From positions 1-24,621 of IMG/VR virus record IMGVR_UViG_3300025150_000124: a stretch of DNA of 24,621 nucleotides; one strand, 5' to 3'. Under the pieces are notes generated by a model. That model searched no databases. It had not been told where the DNA came from and saw nothing but the letters and a program-made list of their open reading frames with translations. The position numbers and the translations under genes were made by a program. Position 1 is the first letter of the stretch, and every line of letters starts with the position of its first letter. This document shows, in pieces, positions 7,950 through 17,366 of the stretch. The stretch is from a virus. Its lineage: Duplodnaviria; Caudoviricetes.

Positions 7950-8390
7950 ATGAATAAAAGACAAAATAGAAGTGATCGTTATCAATGGGTATTATTAGAA
8001 ACGGTGTGTTCTAATGATATGATGGAAGCATTCTGTAATGAAGACGGAATCTATAATAGATTAAACCCTTTTGGATATAATGAGGACCTCATGGAATTAG
8101 AAGACCAACTTAAAATTGAGTTTTGGAGAGTTGTAGACACATTATTAACTCCAAGACAAAGAGAGGTTATTCGATTATACGCCGATGGTTATACTCAAAT
8201 GGAAATAGCTAAGATGCTAAATGTTAATCAAAGCTCCATAACTAAGTCCTTAAATGGAAATGTGGATTACAAAAATGGTAAGAAGATTTATGGCGGCGCT
8301 CGTAAGAAAATAAAAAAGATTATTGAAAATGATGAGCGCATTAAAGACATACTAGATAAGATGCGAGACATTCGTGATGAGGCTTGGTAA
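7950..8390 (+). CDS. Sigma-70 region-4/LuxR-like HTH transcription regulator
   Basis: LTPRQREVIRLYADGYTQMEIAKMLNVNQSSITKSL. ATG 7950 follows AGGA; no recognisable sigma region 2. Confidence 0.82.
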   Translation: MNKRQNRSDRYQWVLLETVCSNDMMEAFCNEDGIYNRLNPFGYNEDLMELEDQLKIEFWRVVDTLLTPRQREVIRLYADGYTQMEIAKMLNVNQSSITKSLNGNVDYKNGKKIYGGARKKIKKIIENDERIKDILDKMRDIRDEAW

Positions 8391-8439
8391 CTGAAATACA
8401 TATAGCAAAAACTAGATATTGGTAATATTTTGGAAATAC

Positions 8440-8511
8440 AGTGATGGTCTATCACTAATAAGTACAGAATATTATCAATATTTCTTTATGTATAGTGTGG
8501 CATATTCTGTA
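8440..8511. repeat. Two inverted repeats in the inter-module spacer
   Basis: AGTGAT (8440-8445) / ATCACT (8451-8456); perfect 10-bp TACAGAATAT (8463-8472) / ATATTCTGTA (8502-8511). Confidence 0.65.
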
Positions 8512-8525
8512 TAATGGGAGACGCG

Positions 8526-8984
8526 ATGTCGAAATTTGCGATAAATTACTCAAACTTGGAAAACACAATTTATAAAAAAGCGTATCGTCTTGAGGACGTA
8601 AAAGACAGTATTGAAAGAGTAGCTTTTGATGTGGTTAGATTTAAAGACGATGATAATGGCGCAAATTTGTGGCAAATTCAAAGTGCAGATGATGGCGACT
8701 ATATTGTGTCAATTTATGAGCCAGACCCTTTAGAAAAGATAGCCAATAATTGGTCTGTATCGATTAATAAGATGAGTGGTGATATGCAAATTTCTTATAA
8801 GGGAGATCCTTTGCTTAGGATGGCTTATAACAGATTAGGTATTCCTCGTTCCGAATTAAATAAAGCAGAGCAATATTTGCCACAAAAACTTGCTGATAAT
8901 AAGAAATTAGTTAAGTCTCTATTAAATGAACTTAATGAATCAGCTAAAAAAGAGGTATTAAGTAAATACCCTGAATTGGTTTAA
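8526..8984 (+). CDS. Hypothetical protein, first gene of the putative morphogenesis module
   Basis: GGGAG RBS before ATG 8526 (ORF track starts at 8514). Confidence 0.8.
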   Translation: MSKFAINYSNLENTIYKKAYRLEDVKDSIERVAFDVVRFKDDDNGANLWQIQSADDGDYIVSIYEPDPLEKIANNWSVSINKMSGDMQISYKGDPLLRMAYNRLGIPRSELNKAEQYLPQKLADNKKLVKSLLNELNESAKKEVLSKYPELV

Positions 8985-9004
8985 ATTACGGAATAGGTGT
9001 TTAA

Positions 9005-10618
9005 ATGAGCCTCGAAAAAATTCAACAATTAATTGGTTCTATAACAAAAACGGTAGAGGATAATCATAAGATCGCCACTCCCGTATTAGCTGTCAAGTTA
9101 GCGAAATGTCTAGAAGCATACCCACATGATCAAACTATTGGTGCTATGTCTAGAGTTATTGAGAAGATGGCATCTAATAATACATTGTTTATATGTAGGG
9201 CTGATCTTAAAAATCTTTATCAAAAACTGTACTCAAATAACACGAAGTTTGCACAATTATTTGAGAATGAACTTGGTGAAAAAGCAGTAGAGCCAGAAAT
9301 TACAGTAAATATTAGAGATGACGCTGCCCAAATAAATACATATGAGATAGCTGATCCAATCTTATCTAATGCACTTAATAGTGTTTTTGATAAAAATGTC
9401 CCATTAAAGATGTACTCACAGGCATTAGCCAATAAGGCTTTAGATTCTGTAAATACAGATTTGGATTCTTGGGGGCTAAAACCATCATCATTGGCTGTTA
9501 GTGACGGCAGTGATAAGTTTTTGGTTATAAAGGCTGATTACGAAACACCAAAAGGAATTACTAGTTTCTATGTCCCAATAGAGATTCATAATAATACTGT
9601 TTCTGAAGCGTCTGTGTTTATGGGAAATTCTGGACCACAAGAATTAAATCACAATAATGTCAAGAAATATGTTATTACAAATGCGGGAACAAAATTAAAG
9701 ATTAATGGAACTAGCATATTGAATGTTCTTACAAAAGCGGCATCTGAGCATAGAGAAGTTAGTGATGCAGAATTAGCATTAACAAGACTCCATGCAGCCC
9801 GTGAAGGCAAATCAGAATTCTTCCAAGGACAAATTGTTGGACAGAAGATGGCTGAAGCGTCAGCAAAAGATGTGGAGCTTCCAAAATTTGATGAATTTGT
9901 TTCTTTTGAAAAACAATTTACATCTCCTCAAGGAATTGCTAACTTTAAGTTTGGTGCTGACAAATTAAATATTGCCCGTAACAATATAATTAGAGATTTG
10001 GTCAGTATGGGACATAATAACCCTCAAATTGCCATTTCCGATCACAATGAAACTACTGTATTTTATAGTGTTTCCTTAGATGGCGGCAAAGTTGCATTTA
10101 AGGTTCCAGTGAATATATCTGGCGGTGTTGTTAATAAACCTTCCGTACTTATTTGTAATGGATCTGTTCAATCGTTTGACAAGAATAGTATTAGCAATCT
10201 ATATGCCAACAACGAATCAGATTTCAAGGCAGCAGCCTCAGCATCTCCATTGTTCGGATTAAAACCAAGCGATTTAATTAATAATATTAGGGTCGCTGTA
10301 GCAGAGGGTAATACTGCAAGAGCAGAAGATGCGTTGAATGTATTGGCAAATGCTGGCGATGAAAAGGCATATGCTACTGGATTCCAAATCTTCTTACAAG
10401 GATTAGGTGGAAAGACTGCAGAAGCCTCAGCAACAACCACATGTTCTATGATAATTAAGGATAGTAAAGTTAGTCAGCATGCAATTTGCGGGCATACTGG
10501 ATTGCCAATACACAAAGTTTATCAAGATAAAGAGGGCAATTGCCGTCCGTTATATAGACGCGGTATGGACGAAACTTATGAGGCTGCGACATTTATTAAT
10601 GCCAAGATTTTTGGATAA
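9005..10618 (+). CDS. Hypothetical protein (537 aa) with an internal repeated domain and C-terminal Cys/His cluster; putative head-associated
   Basis: AGGTG RBS. Two similar segments (TSFYVPIEIHNNTVSEASVF vs VAFKVPVNISGGVVNKPSVL); C...CGH...C at the C-terminus. Confidence 0.75.
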   Translation: MSLEKIQQLIGSITKTVEDNHKIATPVLAVKLAKCLEAYPHDQTIGAMSRVIEKMASNNTLFICRADLKNLYQKLYSNNTKFAQLFENELGEKAVEPEITVNIRDDAAQINTYEIADPILSNALNSVFDKNVPLKMYSQALANKALDSVNTDLDSWGLKPSSLAVSDGSDKFLVIKADYETPKGITSFYVPIEIHNNTVSEASVFMGNSGPQELNHNNVKKYVITNAGTKLKINGTSILNVLTKAASEHREVSDAELALTRLHAAREGKSEFFQGQIVGQKMAEASAKDVELPKFDEFVSFEKQFTSPQGIANFKFGADKLNIARNNIIRDLVSMGHNNPQIAISDHNETTVFYSVSLDGGKVAFKVPVNISGGVVNKPSVLICNGSVQSFDKNSISNLYANNESDFKAAASASPLFGLKPSDLINNIRVAVAEGNTARAEDALNVLANAGDEKAYATGFQIFLQGLGGKTAEASATTTCSMIIKDSKVSQHAICGHTGLPIHKVYQDKEGNCRPLYRRGMDETYEAATFINAKIFG

Positions 10619-10627
10619 GGAACAAAT

Positions 10628-11743
10628 ATGTCACAGAGATTATTTAGATTTGCCGATCTGATGGACCAGAAATATGAGATATTATCTCTTGGCGTAAAGC
10701 ACCGTCCAAAATCACAGGCTCAAATTCGCAGAGAAAAAGAGCAACTAGACAGACTAAAAAGTCAAAAAGATTTGGAAGATCCAGAAGTTAAAGAAGGGGC
10801 TCTAAAAAGCGCGAAATCTGATTTTATCAATTTTGTGAACATATATCTAAATACCTCTGATGCCGTTATAGATAATCCTTACTCTCCACTATCTCAGGGT
10901 GGGCGTACTGGCAGAAATGTTATAATCAGAGAATTATACTTATTAGGGTCTCCTGAAGCAAAAGCCGTGGTAAAATTATTGAATGAGATATTACCAGGAG
11001 ATAGACCAACAGGAGATTTAGATCATTTATCGTTAACAGTTTTGTCCAATAGGGTTAATGCTATTGCTAAGATTTTAACTGATGATAAAACGAAAGAAAA
11101 AATGGTTGCTCTTATTCGCGCTCGTTGGAGCGAAGATTTTATGAGTGAACCTAAAATTCAAATGTTGAATGGGTTAATTCAAGCCTCTAAAGATTTATTA
11201 CCAAATATTGTCGCTGTATTTTCTCTTTTCTCAAGAGGACAGGAACCTGTTGAACCAACGCCACATGAACATATTCCATCTTCTCCACTATGGAGAGAGA
11301 AAACAAACTGGAGATTGGGGATGCATGGGGTTGATGAAGACACTATGGAATGGATTGGAATAAACAGTCAAGAAGATTTTGAAATTGCCAATAATGTTCC
11401 AGAGATAATTCCAGTGTTTGAATATGTTATGAAGCAAACTAGACAGGGAGACATTCATAACAGAAAGTATCCTAAAGGCGGATCACATCTAAAAAGATTA
11501 ATACAGGAGTATAAGGCTAAGAAAAAGTTAGAGACAGGTACAAATGTTGGCGCGTTAGATCGCCCATTAAGTCCACCACCAAGCCCTCTTTTACAGGATT
11601 TCTTAGAAGAACAAAATCAAACAACTGGTCCTTCTGCTATTAGAAGAACATTTTCACCTGAAGAAGAACGAGAAATTGATGAGTTGCGTAAGCAACGAGA
11701 AGCTAGAGAGCGCGGCGAAGGTTCCGGCGAAGGCTCTTTTTAA
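10628..11743 (+). CDS. Hypothetical protein (371 aa)
   Basis: AAGGA RBS; long ORF in operon context; no motif recognised. Confidence 0.78.
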   Translation: MSQRLFRFADLMDQKYEILSLGVKHRPKSQAQIRREKEQLDRLKSQKDLEDPEVKEGALKSAKSDFINFVNIYLNTSDAVIDNPYSPLSQGGRTGRNVIIRELYLLGSPEAKAVVKLLNEILPGDRPTGDLDHLSLTVLSNRVNAIAKILTDDKTKEKMVALIRARWSEDFMSEPKIQMLNGLIQASKDLLPNIVAVFSLFSRGQEPVEPTPHEHIPSSPLWREKTNWRLGMHGVDEDTMEWIGINSQEDFEIANNVPEIIPVFEYVMKQTRQGDIHNRKYPKGGSHLKRLIQEYKAKKKLETGTNVGALDRPLSPPPSPLLQDFLEEQNQTTGPSAIRRTFSPEEEREIDELRKQREARERGEGSGEGSF

Positions 11744-11754
11744 TTGAGGAAAAC

Positions 11755-12465
11755 ATGAGAATATCAGAAATGTTAATAGCTATAGCTTCTTGGTTGGAAA
11801 GCCCAGATAATGAAGCCATTCTTCTTGCAGAATATGATGATGACTGTCTTGAGGTTGTTGCCAATTCTTGCGTACAGGCTGCACAATTATTGAAGATAAC
11901 TGCTGAAGCAGTAGAGGATATAGAGCCACCAGAAGAATCTAAGATAACTCCAGAGTCTATTGATGAGTTGGCTAATTTGGCAACCGCTTTTGATGAATCA
12001 GGCGATCCAGAATTAAAAAAGCAAGCTTCTGTTATTGATGAGCTTCTGTTAACTATTGCCTCTCCACCTAATGCCATAGTTCAGAGACAAGATTTGGTGG
12101 ATAGAAGACTTGATGAGCTTAAGAAAAAATATGAGCAAACAGGCAAAGATTTAGCCGAAACAAATAAAATAGCCGATTCAGAAAAGGCTATTGAAAAAAG
12201 CCAGATGACTAAGCAAATGGAGATTTTAGAAGCCCCATTAAGCTCTAGATATTGCCCAGATCATCCTGGCGCACAGATTGCCCGTGTTGGCGAGCACATG
12301 TGGCAGTGTGAATTAGATAAGAAAGTTTATAATTTTGAGACTGGATTTACGTTAAATAACGGCAACAAGGTACCTGGAGGCGACGTTGCAAACCAAACAC
12401 AAGCCCTTGATATTCCTTACTATGCTATCTTTGATTCTAGATCGGAAAGAATGGGCAATAGCTAA
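11755..12465 (+). CDS. Hypothetical acidic helical protein with C-terminal CPDH...C Zn-ribbon-like domain
   Basis: GAGGA RBS; RYCPDHPG...WQCELD. Confidence 0.78.
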   Translation: MRISEMLIAIASWLESPDNEAILLAEYDDDCLEVVANSCVQAAQLLKITAEAVEDIEPPEESKITPESIDELANLATAFDESGDPELKKQASVIDELLLTIASPPNAIVQRQDLVDRRLDELKKKYEQTGKDLAETNKIADSEKAIEKSQMTKQMEILEAPLSSRYCPDHPGAQIARVGEHMWQCELDKKVYNFETGFTLNNGNKVPGGDVANQTQALDIPYYAIFDSRSERMGNS

Positions 12466-12477
12466 TAAGAATGAATA

Positions 12478-13230
12478 ATGAACAAAAATGCACTCGCTAA
12501 AATACTTCAGCATCCAGATAAAGATGAGATTATCTCAAAACTAGTTATTGGTATATCTGCTAAAGATATACACGATTGGTTACAAGCGAAATATACAAAT
12601 GTTAGTGAGTATAAATTTGTCATAGCAGAAAAGTCTATTAAGTCTTTCCAAGCTAATTATTTAGATATTTATAACATGATTAATGAGGATTTAGCAAAGT
12701 CTAAATCCGCACTAGCAGAAAGCACGGAAGATCAGCTTGCTTTATCTGTTCAGAATAACCCTACTTACAAGAATAAAATGTTAGAGTTAGCAGGTAAAGA
12801 ACTAGATATAAGACAGATTGTTACTAATTTATGTGTGGCTATTGAGAGTCGATTAGCTCAAGTATTTGATGAAATTCAAGAAGATCCAAGAAATATTAAC
12901 ACCAGAGTAGATAGATTATTAATTGATTATGCGGAAGTCTTAGGGAATATTTTAGAAAAGTACTATAAGTTCACTGAGGCTCCTGCTGCACAAACAGTTA
13001 CGCACAACGTAAATGTACAGGTTACAGAGCATATTTCGGTATTTCATGATGTAATCAAAGAAGTTTTATCTCAAATGGATTTGGAAACATCCCTGTATTT
13101 TATGGAAGTATTTAATGAAAAAATGTCTAAGTTAAAACCTCCAGCAGAAAAGGATACACAAAACACTGAGATGAGACTGGCTGAAGCCAAATTGTTAAAC
13201 GAAAAGATTGACAAAAAAATTAACGAGTAA
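12478..13230 (+). CDS. Hypothetical protein; candidate terminase small subunit (N-terminal HTH plus coiled-coil)
   Basis: HPDKDEIISKLVIGISAKDIHDWL resembles TerS-type HTH N-termini; helical body. Function is inferred. Confidence 0.4.
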   Translation: MNKNALAKILQHPDKDEIISKLVIGISAKDIHDWLQAKYTNVSEYKFVIAEKSIKSFQANYLDIYNMINEDLAKSKSALAESTEDQLALSVQNNPTYKNKMLELAGKELDIRQIVTNLCVAIESRLAQVFDEIQEDPRNINTRVDRLLIDYAEVLGNILEKYYKFTEAPAAQTVTHNVNVQVTEHISVFHDVIKEVLSQMDLETSLYFMEVFNEKMSKLKPPAEKDTQNTEMRLAEAKLLNEKIDKKINE

Positions 13231-13234
13231 AGCC

Positions 13235-14803
13235 ATGTCGCAATCTACCTCTAAAAAAGCATACCCAAATTTTGAGCAAATACAGAATTTTCCCAGCTCT
13301 CATGATATGAATAAATGGCTACAAGCCGTTAAAACGATATACTATGAGGAAAGAAAAAATCAATTAAATAGAAGTGCTGCGGTGCAGCGAGTTACTCAAG
13401 GATGGAATGTTACTGAGATAAATGATTTTATTAGTTGGTTAAGATTTTACGAAGAGGGTACTCACTTGAAATACAAAACCGCACAATTTTGGTATGGAAA
13501 TGCAGATACTGGATATCTATTACCAATAAAACAAGATGCTCCAAAAGAGTCGGCACAAGTCGATGGTTCTGCTATTGATTTTGCTAGAGACTCTACTGCT
13601 GATGAATTATCCTTTTCTGAAAAGAAAAAGATAATTGAAAAGCAAAGAAATAAGATAATTGGAAGATTAGATTCTGCTGAAAAACTATTAAGATCTCAAG
13701 AGGGTCAATTATTTGCAGATAAAGACTTTGCTATATTATTAGAGACCATTTATGAATTGAAAAAGAAAATTCAGATGGTTAATAAGAAAAGTACATCAAG
13801 CACTTTGTATGAAGATATGATAATACGAGAAGCCAATATATTGACTAAGAAGGGTCTTGTCAAGGGCGCCAATCTATTATATTCACTAGCTCAAGCAGCA
13901 CCTCCTCCTGCTCCTCCACCACCAGCACCTCCAGCAGACCCTAGTGGGGCTCCTGGTGGATTGCCAATGCCACCACCGCCTCCATCACAAGAGGCTTCAG
14001 GAATACCCACAGAAGTCCCAGCAGATGGTGTTGCCAAATCAAAGGGCATAGATAAGTTTTTAGAAGCATTAGATGATGATAATTTAGACAATAATGATAG
14101 TGATGACGATACGCTAGAAGTACTGGATGTAGATGATGAGAATTTAGTTGTAGAAGCTCAAGTAGATCCAGGACAACCTGCACCACCACCACCAACCCCT
14201 GCCCCACCAATTCCGGCTGCTAAGCCATCTGCTGATTTAGAAGTTAAAGAAGATGAAGTTGTAGAGTCACCTAAGTCTAAAGATTTTGATCATATGGTAA
14301 ACTCAATATTTGCGGATTTAACCATATCTGATGTTGTTGCTAAATTTGAAGACATTGCTAAGTTTTATAAGACTAGAGAGATGCCAAGACAATTAGCTAT
14401 GGCAGACATGATGTTAGATAGTTTAGGTTTAGCCACATTCTTTCCAGCCCTATCTGAAGCGACAAATAAAGCGCTTGAAGCTAATAACTATATTTCTACA
14501 CGTCTTGAAGATATCATTTCTAAACTTCGTGGAACAATGAAAACTAGAGAAATTGATATAAAAAACGAAGAGCATAAAAATTCGTCTCCAGAAGCAGAAA
14601 AAGCGAAACAAATTCTACAAGAACAAGACGAAAAAGACGCAGCAAAAAAGAAGATGAGAAAAGAAATGGAAGAAGAATCTTTAAATGAAGAAAGTAAAGA
14701 AACGCCCGAAATAGACATCTCAGAAGATTTAGCGCCTCCACCAGCAGCAAAACCAGTAGTTCCACCTCCACCAGCTCCAGCCGCCAAACCTCCTGTAGCT
14801 TGA
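13235..14803 (+). CDS. Proline-rich/acidic hypothetical protein, putative scaffold or inner-head protein
   Basis: Helical blocks separated by poly-Pro and Asp/Glu tracts. ATG 13235 preferred over TTG 13208. Confidence 0.72.
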   Translation: MSQSTSKKAYPNFEQIQNFPSSHDMNKWLQAVKTIYYEERKNQLNRSAAVQRVTQGWNVTEINDFISWLRFYEEGTHLKYKTAQFWYGNADTGYLLPIKQDAPKESAQVDGSAIDFARDSTADELSFSEKKKIIEKQRNKIIGRLDSAEKLLRSQEGQLFADKDFAILLETIYELKKKIQMVNKKSTSSTLYEDMIIREANILTKKGLVKGANLLYSLAQAAPPPAPPPPAPPADPSGAPGGLPMPPPPPSQEASGIPTEVPADGVAKSKGIDKFLEALDDDNLDNNDSDDDTLEVLDVDDENLVVEAQVDPGQPAPPPPTPAPPIPAAKPSADLEVKEDEVVESPKSKDFDHMVNSIFADLTISDVVAKFEDIAKFYKTREMPRQLAMADMMLDSLGLATFFPALSEATNKALEANNYISTRLEDIISKLRGTMKTREIDIKNEEHKNSSPEAEKAKQILQEQDEKDAAKKKMRKEMEEESLNEESKETPEIDISEDLAPPPAAKPVVPPPPAPAAKPPVA

Positions 14804-14817
14804 TATGAAGCAAATGA

Positions 14818-15582
14818 ATGAAATTACACGAATTACTTCAAACAATGATAGTGGTACAAAAAGATATAGGCGCAACTATGCCCTATATCTGCGGAGGAAC
14901 TCCGCGCGATAAATACTTAAATAGATTAGATAAAATCGCTGATATTGATATTACTACTGGGGATAATACTGTCGAATATTTATCACAACAATTTGCTATT
15001 GAATTAAAGAAAAAATATAATCTGATTAGAAAAACTATGAGTGATGGTCATAGTTCTATTTTTATTGGTAATATGAAGTTAGATTTTTCATCTAACTTCG
15101 TAGTCCCGGGCATTGATGCTATTCTAAATAAACAAGGAATTAATAAGCCTAGTAATATGCAAAAAGAGTTGTTTAGCAGGGATTTCACCTGTAATGCTTT
15201 ATTACTGTCTTTTGATCTGAAAAATGTTATAGATCCGACAAGATTAGGATTTAATGACATTAAATCTAAGAAAATAAAGACTTGTTTGTCTCCAGATATT
15301 ACTTTAACAAACAGTAAGAATAGAGTTATTAGATCTATATATTTGGCATGTAAGTTAGATTTTGATGTAGATAAGTCTATTATTGATTTCGTAAAACAGC
15401 ACCCAACATCTGTTAATATAGCATCTAAAACAACATTAGTAGAAAAGGTTAATGATGCTTTTAAATGGGACGCAGATAAAGCAAGCTATTTATTAACGCA
15501 GATGAATCTATGGACATATATTCCAATCACTGAACCGATATATCCATATTACCGGAAGCATTTAAAGGGTGGAATAAAATGA
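14818..15582 (+). CDS. Class II tRNA nucleotidyltransferase / poly(A) polymerase family protein (head and neck region, divergent)
   Basis: ICGGTPRD...DIDI (motif A), SRDFTCNAL (motif B), IDP...G..DI...I (motif C), NSKNRVIR at the position of EDxxRxxR (motif D). Confidence 0.88.
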   Translation: MKLHELLQTMIVVQKDIGATMPYICGGTPRDKYLNRLDKIADIDITTGDNTVEYLSQQFAIELKKKYNLIRKTMSDGHSSIFIGNMKLDFSSNFVVPGIDAILNKQGINKPSNMQKELFSRDFTCNALLLSFDLKNVIDPTRLGFNDIKSKKIKTCLSPDITLTNSKNRVIRSIYLACKLDFDVDKSIIDFVKQHPTSVNIASKTTLVEKVNDAFKWDADKASYLLTQMNLWTYIPITEPIYPYYRKHLKGGIK

Positions 15583-16334
15583 AATCATTACAAAAAGACG
15601 CTTATTTTCAGGGTGGAGGTGGAGTTAATAAACCAACCCCTAAGAAAAAAAAATATAAGTCTGAACGAGCCATAGTTGTGCAGCCACGTTTTAAAGAGCC
15701 ATTATTTAAGAATTATGACTTATATGAAACAGAGGGTGTAGATGGACCTGCTAAACACGGTCCAGGCACAGGACTCTATCAAAATATGGATAAATATGAT
15801 AGTGTAGAAGATTTTGTCAAACAAAAAAGAAAGCGCAACAAAGATAAATATAAGGCTGATGATTCATATATAGAAGATGATGGTAGTATTACTAAATCAG
15901 AGAAAAAAAGCAATAAAATTGCTCGCAGAATGATGCTACTTTCGGTATTGACAAAAACTGCCATTGATTTTCCAATTGACGATCAAATTGGGTCTACTCC
16001 CATTTTAGGAGATTCTGGATCCTATGCCGACTCCATACCTATAGGTGGGCAGCTTGACGAATATTTAACAATGCCAGACTTCGAAGGAAAAGGTCCTGAA
16101 GAGTTGAACCATGGTAGAGACTATACTGAAGATGGTGATGAGGATAAAAAAATAAATATCATACAATCATTGTTGGCGGAATTAGAAGGAAAATTAAATC
16201 CAGCAGAACCAAGTTTATATGGATTACCAGACGGAATTTCTCCTAAAGAAGATTTGGATGCACCAAATGATGAAGATCCAGATTATGGCACTACAGATAG
16301 TGGAAATACCCTTTATAGCAAAACATGGTTCTAA
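15579..16334 (+). CDS. Hypothetical protein, basic N-half and acidic C-half
   Basis: ATGA overlap with the nucleotidyltransferase stop. Confidence 0.78.
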   Translation: MKSLQKDAYFQGGGGVNKPTPKKKKYKSERAIVVQPRFKEPLFKNYDLYETEGVDGPAKHGPGTGLYQNMDKYDSVEDFVKQKRKRNKDKYKADDSYIEDDGSITKSEKKSNKIARRMMLLSVLTKTAIDFPIDDQIGSTPILGDSGSYADSIPIGGQLDEYLTMPDFEGKGPEELNHGRDYTEDGDEDKKINIIQSLLAELEGKLNPAEPSLYGLPDGISPKEDLDAPNDEDPDYGTTDSGNTLYSKTWF

Positions 16335-16389
16335 TTATGCAATATAAATGCATATAAACATATCATAGAGTTAGGTCTAGAGGTACTCG

Positions 16390-17364
16390 ATGTCATTAAA
16401 ATCTACTGCACAATCAATTTCCGGCACGCCTTTTCTTGTCATAGAACAAGGAGAAAATGAAAATTCTTCTGAGCCATCAATAAATGTTGAGCCGGAAGGA
16501 TTTTTGATGGGAGAGCCATCAAATGAATTATCCGTTCATGAAAATGAACAGGATGGGCACGATTTAGAGGTTAGTGACCCAGAAACCGAGATAGTCGTTA
16601 TTGAATTAGACGAAATTCCTGGCGCTGGTAGTCCTGGTCCTATTGTAGAACAATCTCTTGAAGTATCAGAAGAAGATTCAGATGGAAAGAATAAAGACGA
16701 ATCTAATGCAGATGAAAATGATGCCAAAAAATCTAAGAAGAATCCAAAATGGGATTGGGAATCTAAAGGCGCTCATGGATTTGTGGCTTGGGTTAAAGAA
16801 CGCTTCGATACTGTTCCAAAACACTCAGGATATGATACTGCAGGATTAGAAAGAGCCGTTTCTTATTTAGAGAAATTAGATAATGAAATATCTAGAGCCA
16901 TGAGATTAGATTTAGAGGAAGAACTAGATGCTAATAAAGTTGAGGAAATTAGATCTACAATTGAAGATGGTCTTGATAGGTTACATGATAGATTAGATAA
17001 GATTAAGAAGACTAAAAAGAATAAAAGAAAGAAGTCCACTTCTCAAGAAGAGCATGAATCATTTATTAAAGAAGCGCAAAAGATAACTGGTGTTCAAGGG
17101 ATTTATATTATGGCTCCATTATTTGCTTCTAGAATAGCCAGAATATGCATAAATGGTATGATTTCTGCCGGTCATGATATTGAAGATATCTATGCAAAAC
17201 AAGTTAAGAAGTGGAAATTAACTGATCGTGAACAAGCCGAGGTTATGCAGTTACTGGCTGACATGGGATATCCTCTTCGTCAAGATAGAGGTTATATGCC
17301 AGAGGAAGATTTTGATATTAGTGTTGATGATCAGTTTGATTGGGCAGCTAATTTTAAGGGATAA
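16390..17364 (+). CDS. Hypothetical protein with acidic N-terminus and helical core
   Basis: GAGGT RBS; 324-aa ORF. Confidence 0.8.
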   Translation: MSLKSTAQSISGTPFLVIEQGENENSSEPSINVEPEGFLMGEPSNELSVHENEQDGHDLEVSDPETEIVVIELDEIPGAGSPGPIVEQSLEVSEEDSDGKNKDESNADENDAKKSKKNPKWDWESKGAHGFVAWVKERFDTVPKHSGYDTAGLERAVSYLEKLDNEISRAMRLDLEEELDANKVEEIRSTIEDGLDRLHDRLDKIKKTKKNKRKKSTSQEEHESFIKEAQKITGVQGIYIMAPLFASRIARICINGMISAGHDIEDIYAKQVKKWKLTDREQAEVMQLLADMGYPLRQDRGYMPEEDFDISVDDQFDWAANFKG

Positions 17365-17366
17365 AA

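Noticed and set aside
1-8390. Bacterial chromosomal origin suggested by recA, ruvC, dnaJ and dnaG
   Set aside because: The genes are divergent, not in bacterial operon contexts, and contiguous with a gp32-like SSB, terminase and portal; a phage origin fits better.
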